Notes: generated by a model from the sequence alone, not told the origin. Counted from the stretch's first letter, positions 9,391 through 19,321 are shown. The stretch: 64,000 nt of DNA from Candidatus Hydrogenedentota bacterium (GCA_013359265.1 JABWCD010000015.1:40329-104328), one strand, 5' to 3'. Numbers and translations are program-made.

Positions 9391-9513
9391 AGCTATCCTG
9401 CGTTTAGACTATGCAGTATAGCATCCGGTTGCGCGGCGCTTCACCCGCCGCGCAACGGTGACACCGGCTGGTAGCGTTCGCTACAATACGTTCGGTGCGC
9501 AGGAGTTACGACC

Positions 9514-10146
9514 ATGTGGGAAGAGATTGACGGGGCCATCGAAAAAATCAGAGATACGCGCGCGGGTTGGGTGACGCGGCGCGACGCCGTCGAGCTGCTC
9601 GGCAAGGTGGCGACCAAGGCGCTCGATGCGTTGCAGGATGCCAGCGACGAGATGGACGTGGACGTGAAGCGGTCCGTTGACGATATGCTCGGCAGAGCGT
9701 CCGCGGCGTTGAAAGGCGTGAAGCCGAAATTCGAGTCCACGCCGCCGACATTCGACGAACTTGCGAAATCATGCGCGAAGGAGGGGGTGAGGCAGGTCGA
9801 GCCGGACGACGAGGGCTACGTTGTTCGTGTGAAGTTGAAGGACGGCCGCACCCAGGCAGTTCACATCCGCCGGTTCAGTCGCGCGGACGGCGTCGCGCTG
9901 ATCCAGGTGTACACTATCTGCGGCAAGGCGGACGAGACCTCGTACGCGTGGGCGCTGCGCGCGAACATGAAGCTGATTCAGGGCGCAGTCGCACTCGCCA
10001 AGCAAGGCGACGACGAGCGGTTTGTGTTGACGATGTGCTTCCTCGCGAGCGAAGTCACGAAGTCCGAGATCAAAGCAGCCGTGAAGGAGGCCGCGTATTA
10101 CGGGGACTGGATCGAGCAGAAGGTCAGTGGCCAGGACGATTTTTGA
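9514..10146 (+). CDS. Hypothetical protein, YbjN-like (putative sensory-transduction regulator / T3SS-chaperone-like fold)
   Basis: The second half (GYVVRVKLKDGRTQAVHIRRF...LIQVYTICG...LRANMKL) resembles the YbjN family. Low-complexity N-terminus. Confidence 0.4.
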   Translation: MWEEIDGAIEKIRDTRAGWVTRRDAVELLGKVATKALDALQDASDEMDVDVKRSVDDMLGRASAALKGVKPKFESTPPTFDELAKSCAKEGVRQVEPDDEGYVVRVKLKDGRTQAVHIRRFSRADGVALIQVYTICGKADETSYAWALRANMKLIQGAVALAKQGDDERFVLTMCFLASEVTKSEIKAAVKEAAYYGDWIEQKVSGQDDF

Positions 10147-10148
10147 TC

Positions 10149-10661
10149 ATGGGCAACGCACCGGCGATGGATCGCGCACAGGCGCTCGAATTGATACGTT
10201 CCGGCTCCGCGACTGGTGCGGACCTGCGCGGCGTCGATCTGTCCGGAGCGGACTTGAGCGGTGTGCGTCTCTCCCACGCCGATCTTTCCGGGGCCAATTT
10301 GCGCGAAGCGAACCTTCGCGAAACGATCCTTGATGAAGCCGATTTGAGCGGCGCGGACGTTTCGGGCGCCAACTGCGAGTTTGTTGTCCTCGGCGGCGCG
10401 GACGTCTCGGATGCGGATTTCACCGGCGCCAATTTGCAGCGCGCGAACCTCGTGGGAACGAGGGGGCATCGCGCCAGGTTCGACCGCGCAAACCTGTATT
10501 ACTCGCGTCCGGGCAACGCCGACTTTCAAGGCGCGTCGTTTCGCGGTGCCGACATCACGCGCGCGATTTTCCGGCGTGCAAACCTGAGCGGCGCGGACCT
10601 GCGCGGGGCCGAGGGCCAGGCAAATTTTGAAAGTGCGACGCTTGAGGGGGTGCGGCGATGA
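10149..10661 (+). CDS. Pentapeptide-repeat protein
   Basis: Continuous A(D/N)LxG pentapeptide repeats (ADLRGVDLSGADLSGVRLSHADLSGANLREANL...). The ATG at 10149 is in frame within listed ORF 9771..10661. Confidence 0.8.
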   Translation: MGNAPAMDRAQALELIRSGSATGADLRGVDLSGADLSGVRLSHADLSGANLREANLRETILDEADLSGADVSGANCEFVVLGGADVSDADFTGANLQRANLVGTRGHRARFDRANLYYSRPGNADFQGASFRGADITRAIFRRANLSGADLRGAEGQANFESATLEGVRR

Positions 10662-11218
10662 TCGTCAAGCACTTTCTACTGAACGTAAACGAAGTTAATT
10701 CGTTCATCGCGGCGTGCCCCACGACGCGCGACGCGATGCTGATCGATGCGGGCGATTTCGACGAGCGCGTGTGCGCCTTTCTTGCCGAGAATGGGCTGAC
10801 GCTCTCGAAAGTTTTCATCACGCACGATCACTTCGACCACACCGACGGGCTGAGCGAGTACGTGAAGCGGTTTCGCGCGGAGGTCATTTCGGGCACGTCT
10901 CCCGTCGGTGGTTGCGGCGCGCGAATTGTCAAACACGGCGGCGAAGTCCGGTTGGGATCGCTCACCGGGCGCGTTTACTCGACGCCCGGCCACACGCCGG
11001 TCGGCTTAAGCCTTGCGTTTCCCGGACACGTCTTTACCGGCGATGCGCTCTTCGCGGGCTCGGTCGGCGGCACTGGATCGAAAGAGAACTATGATTTGCA
11101 GCTTGATTCGATCCGAAAGCACATCTTCACGCTGCCGGACGACACGCTGGTGCACGTCGGGCATGGGCCATCCAGTACCGTGGCAGTCGAGAAGAAATAC
11201 AATCCTTTTTTCGTGTAA
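10658..11218 (+). CDS. MBL-fold metallo-hydrolase (glyoxalase II-like)
   Basis: THDHFDH (HxHxDH) zinc motif and downstream His/Asp ligands. 4-nt overlap with the upstream gene. Confidence 0.8.
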   Translation: MIVKHFLLNVNEVNSFIAACPTTRDAMLIDAGDFDERVCAFLAENGLTLSKVFITHDHFDHTDGLSEYVKRFRAEVISGTSPVGGCGARIVKHGGEVRLGSLTGRVYSTPGHTPVGLSLAFPGHVFTGDALFAGSVGGTGSKENYDLQLDSIRKHIFTLPDDTLVHVGHGPSSTVAVEKKYNPFFV

Positions 11219-11269
11219 AGGGACCCGCTGTATTGCATCGTTACCCGCGCGCGCCTACCATGCGCGAAC

Positions 11270-12427
11270 ATGAGTGAGTGGAATTCGAGATCGGTGCGCG
11301 TGGTGCTGCTGCACAACTTCCTGTCGCCGACGCGCATCCCCTTGTTCGAGGCCCTCGCCGAACGCTTCGATCTTGACGTGTGGATACTCGGCGACATTCG
11401 ATCCGTGCGCGCGTGGCCGGCGGACGCGCCGGGCGCGCGTGCCCGGATTCGGACGTTGCCCCACTACACCATTCCTCTTGGCAGCCGATACAACGTCGTC
11501 CTCATTAACTACACGTTGCGCCGCGAATTGGCGCGTCTGAAGCCAGACGCAATCATTTGCTGCGGGTGGGATACGCCGGCGGCGTTCCTTGCTGCGCGAT
11601 TTGCGAGGCGAACCGGAACGCCGTTTATCGTGTGGAGCGGCAGCACGCCGGCGGAAACGACATTCGTGCGGCGCGTGACCAAGCCGTGGGTGCGCACGCT
11701 GGTGTGCGGCGCGGGCGCGTGGGTCGCATACGGGTCGCGCGCAAAAGAATATCTCGTGTCGCTCGGCGCGAACACGGACAAGACGTTCCTCGCCCACAAC
11801 ACCGTCGAACTGGCAGATTTCGCAAATGCGTGTGCGGCATCGGATGGCGTTGCATTGCGGGCGCGGCTGGGAATAGCGACGAAATATGTTGTGCTTTACT
11901 GCGGAAACCTGCTCGACTTGAAGGGTGTTGGAGACTTGATAGAAGCATTTTCGAAATTGGGCGAAAGCGACATAACGCTTGTACTCGTGGGAAGTGGCAA
12001 ACACGAAACGAAGTACCGCGCGCGCGCGAAGGAATTGGGTATCTCCGGCCGCGTTGTATTCGCGGGGTTTGCCCAGCCAGGCGATATGTCCGCGTATTAC
12101 GCCTTGGGCGATACCTTGATCGTGCCCTCGCGCAAGGAAGTTTGGGGGCTGGTAATCAACGAAGCGCTGGCTTGCGGCGTGCCGGTGATTGCGACCGACG
12201 CGTGCGGCGCGACGCCCGACCTCATCCGCGACGGCGAAAACGGATTCGTCGTTCCCGCGCGCAACCCCGACGCGCTCGCAGGCGCCATTGACGCGTACTT
12301 CGCTCACCCGGAGCGGCACCGTGCGATGCGCGATGCCGCGCGAGCATCGATCGCGCCGTTCACGATTGAGCGCGCCGCGGACGCATTTGTAGACGCTGTG
12401 CGCTGCGCCATGGGTAATCGGGCATGA
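11270..12427 (+). CDS. Glycosyltransferase family 4 (GT-B, group 1)
   Basis: EVWGLVINEALACGVPVIATD (E-x7-E motif) and C-terminal GT1 fold. Confidence 0.85.
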   Translation: MSEWNSRSVRVVLLHNFLSPTRIPLFEALAERFDLDVWILGDIRSVRAWPADAPGARARIRTLPHYTIPLGSRYNVVLINYTLRRELARLKPDAIICCGWDTPAAFLAARFARRTGTPFIVWSGSTPAETTFVRRVTKPWVRTLVCGAGAWVAYGSRAKEYLVSLGANTDKTFLAHNTVELADFANACAASDGVALRARLGIATKYVVLYCGNLLDLKGVGDLIEAFSKLGESDITLVLVGSGKHETKYRARAKELGISGRVVFAGFAQPGDMSAYYALGDTLIVPSRKEVWGLVINEALACGVPVIATDACGATPDLIRDGENGFVVPARNPDALAGAIDAYFAHPERHRAMRDAARASIAPFTIERAADAFVDAVRCAMGNRA

Positions 12428-13986
12428 ATTACGCCCGGCAGTTTGCGCAGCACGCGGCTCTGACAGTGCTGACAACGCTGCTGACCGGGGCGCTGTTCTA
12501 CGTGTTGCGCATAGTCCTGTACAAGAACCTGTCGCAGGACGAGTACGGCCTGTTCTACGTCGTGTTTTCCTGCGTCATGATCGTACAGACCATCGTCACG
12601 TTCGGTTTCGATCCGGGGCTGGTGCCGTTCATCACGCGCTATCGCGAGGAAGGAGATCCCAGCGCAATCAAATCGATCGCGTTGGGATCGCTTGTTCCCC
12701 AGGGATTCATCACGGCATTCGTCGTTGCCGCCTTTTTGGCCGTGCCGCCCCTGGCCGCGCCGTGGGTGGCGGCGTTTCCGGATGCGCCCGCGTTGTTCCG
12801 CACGCTTGCGCACCCGGCGTCGGCGTCGTTGTTCCGCATTCTCGCGCTGCACGCGGTGCTGGTGCTGATGTTCAAATGCGCGCAGCAGGTGCTGCTTGGC
12901 TTGCAGGCCATTGCCTGGCGCAACGCCGCCGACCTTGCGCGCGCGATTTTGTGCTTGGGCAGCGCTGTTGCGTTGCTGCACGCCGGTTGGGGAATCCGCG
13001 CGACCGCCGCGGCGTACACCCTCGGCGCACTTGCCGAGGCGGCGGTGCTGGCCATTGCGCTGTGGGTGTCTTTCCCGCATATAGTTCGCGCGCGCTTCAC
13101 GTGGCGTCCGGAGGCCGTGCGCCACGTGTTCGATTCGGGGAAGTGGCTGAGCGCCGGGTTCGGCGGGATCGTTGTGTTTTCTTCCGTCGATACGATGATC
13201 ATTTCGCTCGTGCGCAAGGAACTTCTCGACGCGGCCGCGTACCAGATTGCACTGCCCACCATCACGATCATGTACAGCCTGATGATCGCGGCGGGCATCA
13301 GCCTGTTGCCGATGGTGCGGACCTTGTGGCTCCGTAAGGAGTACGCGTTATTGACCGAGGGTGTGCAACGCATCTACGACACGGCGATTGGAGTCATGTT
13401 GCCCGCGGGGGTGCTTATCGCGTCCGGCTCGGACGTGCTCATGACGACGCTGTTCGGGAAAAACGTGCTGAACGCAGGGGACGCGTTTGACGTGTTGGCA
13501 GTCGGGGGCATTGCGTTCTTCCTTTCGTATATCAACCTGCACGTGCTCGCGGGAATCGACCAGGCGAGGGCTGCGGGCGTAGCGGTCATCTGCGGACTCG
13601 TCTTCGACGTCGCGCTCAGCGTGCCGCTTACGTATGCATTTGGAATCCGCGGCGCCGCCATCGCGGGAGTGCTCGGATATGCCTGCGTCATGGGTACCAG
13701 CCTTGTCGTCATTCGCCGCGCGTTGGCGATTCGGGTATCCATTAAGGCGATCATGGTCAGCGTGCTGATAAGCGCCGGCTGCGGGCTCGCTGCGCACGTG
13801 CTCAGGCGCTATGGGCTCATACATCTCGATCACCCGGTCACGAGCGCCGTATCGGGAGCGCTCCTTCTCGCGTTGGCGCTGGCCGCGCTAGAATTTATTG
13901 GAATTATTCATTTGCGTCATTTAATAACCACCATCAAGGGTGGGCAGGTGCAAACAATCCGCGAGCACAACCCGAAATGCGATTGA
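12424..13986 (+). CDS. Polysaccharide biosynthesis protein, Wzx-like MOP flippase
   Basis: ~14 predicted TM helices, 520 aa. 4-nt overlap with the GT4 gene. Confidence 0.7.
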   Translation: MNYARQFAQHAALTVLTTLLTGALFYVLRIVLYKNLSQDEYGLFYVVFSCVMIVQTIVTFGFDPGLVPFITRYREEGDPSAIKSIALGSLVPQGFITAFVVAAFLAVPPLAAPWVAAFPDAPALFRTLAHPASASLFRILALHAVLVLMFKCAQQVLLGLQAIAWRNAADLARAILCLGSAVALLHAGWGIRATAAAYTLGALAEAAVLAIALWVSFPHIVRARFTWRPEAVRHVFDSGKWLSAGFGGIVVFSSVDTMIISLVRKELLDAAAYQIALPTITIMYSLMIAAGISLLPMVRTLWLRKEYALLTEGVQRIYDTAIGVMLPAGVLIASGSDVLMTTLFGKNVLNAGDAFDVLAVGGIAFFLSYINLHVLAGIDQARAAGVAVICGLVFDVALSVPLTYAFGIRGAAIAGVLGYACVMGTSLVVIRRALAIRVSIKAIMVSVLISAGCGLAAHVLRRYGLIHLDHPVTSAVSGALLLALALAALEFIGIIHLRHLITTIKGGQVQTIREHNPKCD

Positions 13987-14040
13987 CGCTTACGCAGGCC
14001 CCCGGCACGAGTGCACATTCCAGGCACGTCGAGATGGCAC

Positions 14041-14069
14041 TTGACACGTATTGATCGCACGCGTATTCT
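14041..14069 (+). promoter_or_regulatory. Candidate sigma-70-type promoter (TTGACA-17 nt-TATTCT) upstream of the M4 protease gene
   Basis: ttgacacgtattgatcgcacgcgtattct lies in an AT-richer intergenic region ~250 nt upstream of ATG 14316. Confidence 0.25.
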
Positions 14070-14315
14070 GATGCCATTAACTACCGGTGTGTTGAAATCT
14101 TCTGGCGCGGCGATGGCGCGTGTGTGGTCTGCGAATTTTAACGTACACCAGTAGAGGTACTGACTGGGTAGTGGCCTAGGGTGTACCGATGTGCTTGCCG
14201 CGGGGGCGCTTTTCGCAAGCAGAGCGGTACGGGACGCACCATTGCGTGAACAACGGAGGATGTGCTGTACGCCGCGAGGCAGTATGGCGCAATGTTCTCA
14301 CGCGGGAGAGGTTTC

Positions 14316-17300
14316 ATGCGGTCCGGCAAGCTTGTGATTTTTGCAGTGGGGGTGGCTTTTGTGTGCGCCGCGTCGGCGCCGTACGCGCTGGCGGATACCG
14401 AAGATGCGGTGCGCGGCGTGCTGACGACGATGTCCGGCCCTAACATGCTGGACAATCCCCGCAGTTCGACAACCCCGGAGGGCTACCTGCGCCACGTCGC
14501 CGCGCCTTCCGGTAACGCATTTCAACCAAGTCCATCGGCAAAGAAGGCGGGCGCGCCAGACGCGATCGCCAAGTCGTTCTTGAAAGAACACGACGCTGCG
14601 TTCGGAATTCACGCCGGGGTGACGTTCACAACCAACCGTGTGAAGTCGGAAAACGCGCGCACGTTCGTCAAATTGGATCAGGTGTACAAAGGCGTCCCGG
14701 TGTTCGGCGCGCAGGCGATTGTTCAGATGAAGCCCGACGGCGGAATTGTTTCCATCCTGAGCGACATAATGCGTGACGCTCCGCGCGTGTACTCGGGTGA
14801 GTTGTCGCTGACTCCATTGTTGGATGGCGACGAAGCGGCGATTCTAGCGGCCGGGGTACTGGAAGACGAAAACCCGGGCATCGACTTTGAGACAAACGAT
14901 CCCGCGCTATACTTGTATGCGCCTCCGGTGATCGGCGCAACAGGCGCAGTGCGATTGGTCTACATCGTTGAAGCGAGCAACGCAGGCGCCGCCGTGGTGA
15001 TCGCGGAGCGGATATTGATAGACGCGCACAGCGGCGCAACGGCCCTGCGCATACCCATGATCCTCGAGGCGAAGAATCGCACCATCTACGACGCGGAGAA
15101 CGTGCCGGACGCAATCGGAACTTTGCGGCGCGCGGAAGGTCAGCCCGCCACAAACATCCACGATGTGGATGCCGCGTACGACTTTTACGGCGACACGTAT
15201 GATTTCTACTTATCCGAACACGGCCGCGACAGCATAGACGGCGCGGGTATGACGATGGATGCCACCGTGCGCTTTTGCTATGGATTCTGCCCTTTCCGAA
15301 ATGCGTTCTGGGACGGCGTGCGGATGTTCTTCGGCGAAGGCTGGGTGACTGACGACGTCGTCGGCCACGAACTTACACACGGCGTAACGCAACATGAGTC
15401 GAATTTAATCTATTCGTATGAGTCAGGCGCGCTTAATGAATCATTCTCAGATGTTTGGGGCGAATTTATCGATTTGGCGAATGCAGCCGGAACGGATACG
15501 CCGGAAGTCAAGTGGCTAGTTGGTGAGGACATTGCGAATCGCGGAGCGATTCGCAGCATGAAAAACCCGCCGGCCATGTCCGATCCGGACACGTATTTGG
15601 GGCCATTCTGGGTATTCGATTCGAGTGACAATGGAGGTGTCCACACGAATTCCGGCGTGAGCAACAAACTGTGCTATCTCCTAACCGACGGCGACACGTT
15701 CAATGGCTACATCATCGACCCCATGGGCATTCCGACCGTGGCCGAACTTTACTATGAGTGCCAGACCAATCTCCTCGGCGAGGGTTCGGATTACCCCGAC
15801 TTCGGCAACCAGTTGATTGTCGCGGCGGAGAACCTCGGGCTGAACGATGACGAAATCGACAATGTTGAGCGGGCGCTGTACGCGACGCGGATTCTCGAGT
15901 TTAAGTTCGATCCGCTGCGCCATTTCCGCGCCGCGGGCCGGTCGGGTGACAGCCGCGTCGCCTTGACGTGGAAAAACCCGACAGGTGGCGATTTTACTGG
16001 AGTAGATGTTGTCCGCAATTCCGACCGGTTCCCGGTGAACAATACCGATGGCACCGTTATCGCCTCGGTCATCAATGGGGCTGAAAGCCTGGTGGATACG
16101 CCGGGCGGCGGCGCGGGGACGGACTTTTATTACGGCATCTTTCCCCGTAGTGGCAGCTTCCCAGGCAACCTACCGCTGTTCGCGCGCGGGACAGTCGGGG
16201 TTGATGTGAACTTTTTGACTGAAGCGTTTTCGAACGGGACTGACCTATCGAACACGCAGATTACGATCGTTCCCGCCGGCGCAGTGCCGCTTATCGGCCC
16301 CGCTACGGAAAAGCCTGAGGTGTACTTTAACTACACGACGTACGACGCGCACGGTGCAAGCGCGGTAAAAATTGCGCCCAATTTTGACGGGACGCTTCCT
16401 GTAGCGAAGGAGGACTACTTCTTGCTCTCGATGGCGGATGACGGGGCGGTCGCATTCGAATCGAGTATTCCGATCCCGTTTTTTGGACGATTAATGGGTG
16501 ACCTGATTGTCTCGGCGAACGGGTTCATTGCCGCGGCGACCGACCAGTACGAGGCAGTGACCCTTAACCCAACCATAAGCCGAACGAGCCACTTTGCGAC
16601 GCCGCGAATTTCGTTCCTCTACTCCGATCTGGACCCGAGGAGCGGCGGAGAGGTTTGGGCGCGCACACTCGATGATCGACTGGTTATCACATTCGAAGAG
16701 GTACCGTCTTTTGATTCGAGCAACCTTGGCACACCCGGCGAAACGTTTGGAAACACGGTGCAGTGCGAGTTGTTCTATGGCGGACAAATCCGGTTCACAT
16801 ATCTTGCCCTTACCGCCGAGCGCGCCGTCGTCGGCATCTCCGACGGAAACGGCGTACCGCTGGACGTCAACGACATACTCAACGGCCAAAGCGCGGACCC
16901 GGCCGATTCCAACCTGAATTCATTGCCGGATTCGGTAGGGCTCGAGTTGCAACCGGTACCGATTGCGTTCCTCGAACCGGGCACGGTCCACGAGTTCACG
17001 GCAACGGCGCTTTCGACGCAGGGTCCACCGACCTACGCGATGTTCCCGTTGACTGAGCTCGGTGTACCTCAGATGACTGGGGCAACGCTCGACGCACAGA
17101 CTGGGGAGTTCAGTTGGGACACGACAGGCGTCTCAGACGGTGTGTACGGCATGATCCTGTGTGCCGCTGCGGGCCAGCTCACGTCGTGCCAGATTATCAC
17201 CGCTATTGTTGTTACATCAGATGTATTGCCGCAGGCGACGAATCTGTCGCTCACGCCGACCTCGCCGACGGACAGCGACAATCTCGTTGCGAGCTACACG

Positions 17301-17708
17301 TACGTGCATCCGTCTTTGCCGCAGGGTCCGTCCACGATCTACTGGTTTAAGGACAATGCCATCGTGCCGGCGTACACGAACCTGACGGTCGTGCCGCGCG
17401 CGGCGACAAAGCCGGGCGACTTATGGTACTTCCAGGTGCTTCCGGCGACCGTTTCCATCGGGACGTATGGCGGGCAACCCATATACCTGCGCGGCGCCCC
17501 GGTACTATCGAACGCGGTAAGCGTCGGGGCCGACATGAAGCTGGACACCAACGGCGACGGCAAGGTGAACTCGGTTGATCTGCAACTCGTGGTGCGCGGA
17601 TTGTTGGGTACATCCGAGCAGGGCATCGATCCGGACGTGAACGGCGACGGGAAGGAAGACGCCTCAGACGTTCAGACGATGATCAACTATATACTCGAGA
17701 AGCGTTAG
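14316..17708 (+). CDS. Secreted thermolysin-like (M4) zinc metalloprotease with a long beta-rich C-terminal extension and a terminal dockerin type-I module
   Basis: Signal peptide MRSGKLVIFAVGVAFVCAASAPYALA. HEXXH (VVGHELTHGV) plus the downstream GALNESFSD Glu ligand. The C-terminus has two Ca-loop repeats, DTNGDGKVNSVD and DVNGDGKEDASD. The listed ORF starts at GTG 14262; ATG 14316 is preferred because of the signal peptide. Confidence 0.85.
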   Translation: MRSGKLVIFAVGVAFVCAASAPYALADTEDAVRGVLTTMSGPNMLDNPRSSTTPEGYLRHVAAPSGNAFQPSPSAKKAGAPDAIAKSFLKEHDAAFGIHAGVTFTTNRVKSENARTFVKLDQVYKGVPVFGAQAIVQMKPDGGIVSILSDIMRDAPRVYSGELSLTPLLDGDEAAILAAGVLEDENPGIDFETNDPALYLYAPPVIGATGAVRLVYIVEASNAGAAVVIAERILIDAHSGATALRIPMILEAKNRTIYDAENVPDAIGTLRRAEGQPATNIHDVDAAYDFYGDTYDFYLSEHGRDSIDGAGMTMDATVRFCYGFCPFRNAFWDGVRMFFGEGWVTDDVVGHELTHGVTQHESNLIYSYESGALNESFSDVWGEFIDLANAAGTDTPEVKWLVGEDIANRGAIRSMKNPPAMSDPDTYLGPFWVFDSSDNGGVHTNSGVSNKLCYLLTDGDTFNGYIIDPMGIPTVAELYYECQTNLLGEGSDYPDFGNQLIVAAENLGLNDDEIDNVERALYATRILEFKFDPLRHFRAAGRSGDSRVALTWKNPTGGDFTGVDVVRNSDRFPVNNTDGTVIASVINGAESLVDTPGGGAGTDFYYGIFPRSGSFPGNLPLFARGTVGVDVNFLTEAFSNGTDLSNTQITIVPAGAVPLIGPATEKPEVYFNYTTYDAHGASAVKIAPNFDGTLPVAKEDYFLLSMADDGAVAFESSIPIPFFGRLMGDLIVSANGFIAAATDQYEAVTLNPTISRTSHFATPRISFLYSDLDPRSGGEVWARTLDDRLVITFEEVPSFDSSNLGTPGETFGNTVQCELFYGGQIRFTYLALTAERAVVGISDGNGVPLDVNDILNGQSADPADSNLNSLPDSVGLELQPVPIAFLEPGTVHEFTATALSTQGPPTYAMFPLTELGVPQMTGATLDAQTGEFSWDTTGVSDGVYGMILCAAAGQLTSCQIITAIVVTSDVLPQATNLSLTPTSPTDSDNLVASYTYVHPSLPQGPSTIYWFKDNAIVPAYTNLTVVPRAATKPGDLWYFQVLPATVSIGTYGGQPIYLRGAPVLSNAVSVGADMKLDTNGDGKVNSVDLQLVVRGLLGTSEQGIDPDVNGDGKEDASDVQTMINYILEKR

Positions 17709-17730
17709 GTATTAGTCGATACCGTATGAC

Positions 17731-17765
17731 GAGGCGTCAACGCAGTTGGCGCCTCGCATTTTTTC
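17731..17765 (+). terminator. Rho-independent terminator-like hairpin + T-run downstream of the protease gene
   Basis: gaggcgtcaacgcagttggcgcctcgc followed by attttttcg. Confidence 0.5.
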
Positions 17766-17947
17766 GTTTGGGGCCGGCGCATTGGACTGCGCGTGCAAAC
17801 CGTATCGTGCGACCGCCAAAGTACCTTCGACGCGGACCGATGCCCCCTGAAGAGTCTCGTGCTGTCTTGTTCGTTTTTCGAGTTCGGCGCCAAGTATCAT
17901 GACGGAATAGTCCGGTGCGCGTCGGGATTCATACTGGGTAGGGCAAA

Positions 17948-18820
17948 ATGGCAATAGACGGCGACGAAATCGCAAAGCTTCATGCGGAAGCGAAACGCAT
18001 TCGAAAGAATTTTCGCTACATTCACAAGGACCTGAAGCGTTCGCCGGAGAATATCGATCTACTGCGGCAGCGCGACCATCTGAGGAAGCGGTACGAGCAG
18101 ATTCAGGCGCGTTTGAACGAGGCAAAAGCGGCGGGCGACGCCGTGCCGCGGGAGCAGGAGGACGACTCGGACGGCGAGGCCATTGACATGTCCATCTTCG
18201 AACCGAAGCCGTACGAGATTCCGGCGGCGGTAAACGTTAAGCAGCGGGCCGCAGTTTCCGGGGGCCTGGGAGGATCGATGATTTCGGCGAAAGACATTCG
18301 AAACATCGTCAGCGTCGCGCTTTTGATCATCGTGCTGCCGTTTTTCTACCTGTACTTCGTTAAGGGAATGCGTTTTTACGAAGTGCCGACGAAATCCATG
18401 GAGCCGACGTTGAAGCCGGGCGACCGGATTATCGCGGTCCGCCCGCCGCGCTACGAACGCGGCGACGTGGTCGTGCTGCCCGATCCGCAGAATCCCGGCG
18501 ACTTCCTGGTCAAGCGGCTTGTCGCGTTCGGCGCTGACACGATTGAGATCGCGAACGGCAACCTGTTCGTCAACGGGCAGCCCGTCGGCGAGACGTACAC
18601 AAACGGACCGGCGGAAGGAAAGCTTGCGTTGACGACGGTCCCTGACGGAAACGTGTACCTGCTTGGCGACAACCGAAACGATAGCGAGGATAGCCGCGCG
18701 TGGGGGCCAAGGCCAATTGCTGATTTGGTGGGCCGCGTGTGGTTTGTCTACGCGCCGTCGGGGAGGCGAGGTTCGCTGGCAAACCATGCCGCCGCGTTTT
18801 CAGACGTTCCGGCGCCGTAA
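17948..18820 (+). CDS. lepB: Signal peptidase I (LepB). The listed ORF has a 110-aa coiled-coil-like N-terminal extension. A strong internal start (GGGAGGATCGATG at 18278) gives a canonical ~180-aa LepB.
   Basis: SMEPTL (catalytic Ser box), VKRLVAFGADTIEI, GDNRNDSEDSR box E. TM segment IVSVALLIIVLPFFYLYFV. Confidence 0.85.
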   Translation: MAIDGDEIAKLHAEAKRIRKNFRYIHKDLKRSPENIDLLRQRDHLRKRYEQIQARLNEAKAAGDAVPREQEDDSDGEAIDMSIFEPKPYEIPAAVNVKQRAAVSGGLGGSMISAKDIRNIVSVALLIIVLPFFYLYFVKGMRFYEVPTKSMEPTLKPGDRIIAVRPPRYERGDVVVLPDPQNPGDFLVKRLVAFGADTIEIANGNLFVNGQPVGETYTNGPAEGKLALTTVPDGNVYLLGDNRNDSEDSRAWGPRPIADLVGRVWFVYAPSGRRGSLANHAAAFSDVPAP

Positions 18821-18859
18821 CGGCGCACCCGGATTCGGCGAGATTCGCTTGGTAACAGG

Positions 18860-18875
18860 TTGTCACGCGTGACAA
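18860..18875. promoter_or_regulatory. Perfect 16-bp palindrome TTGTCACGCGTGACAA (candidate operator site)
   Basis: Read directly in the intergenic region downstream of lepB. No T-run follows, so it is not terminator-like. Confidence 0.4.
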
Positions 18876-19078
18876 CACAGTTGTTGTGGTCGAACACACA
18901 ACGTACTTGCCTGTTCCCGCGAAAACGCCTACCCGCCTGCAAGATAATGACTTAAGGTCGAAGTCCCGTTTGGCCCATGTCTTGCGTCACTTAAGCCCAA
19001 GTCTCGACGTCGAGGCGAAGTGGCACGGGGTCCCATGCGGGCCGCATAGGGATAGCGGCTGGAGGGCGCTAGACACCC

Positions 19079-19321
19079 ATGAGAACCATACAGGCCAACG
19101 AGTATCGGCAGCAGGCGATGCACCTGCTGCAAGAGATGAGTACTGCCTTACGGTACTTATCGACGGAGATCGACGGTGCGATTGCCGCCGATCGCAAGGT
19201 GGACCACGAATTGCTGCGGCGCATCTCGCAGGCGCTGCAAAAGCAGCAGACGCACCTCCTCAAGATAGCCGAATCGTCCGATCCCTACCGAATGCGACCG
19301 GAATTCAACCGGGCGAGATAG
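19079..19321 (+). CDS. Small hypothetical protein (80 aa, helical, not Arg-biased)
   Basis: Composition is unlike the surrounding Arg-rich artefact ORFs. GGAGGG lies ~13 nt upstream of the ATG. Weak support. Confidence 0.3.
   Translation: MRTIQANEYRQQAMHLLQEMSTALRYLSTEIDGAIAADRKVDHELLRRISQALQKQQTHLLKIAESSDPYRMRPEFNRAR

Noticed and set aside
14040-14052. Sigma-54 promoter at TGGCAC upstream of the protease gene
   Set aside because: TGGCAC is present, but the -12 element (TTGCW) 5 nt downstream is absent (ACGTA). Interpreted instead as part of a sigma-70-like -35/-10 pair, at low confidence.
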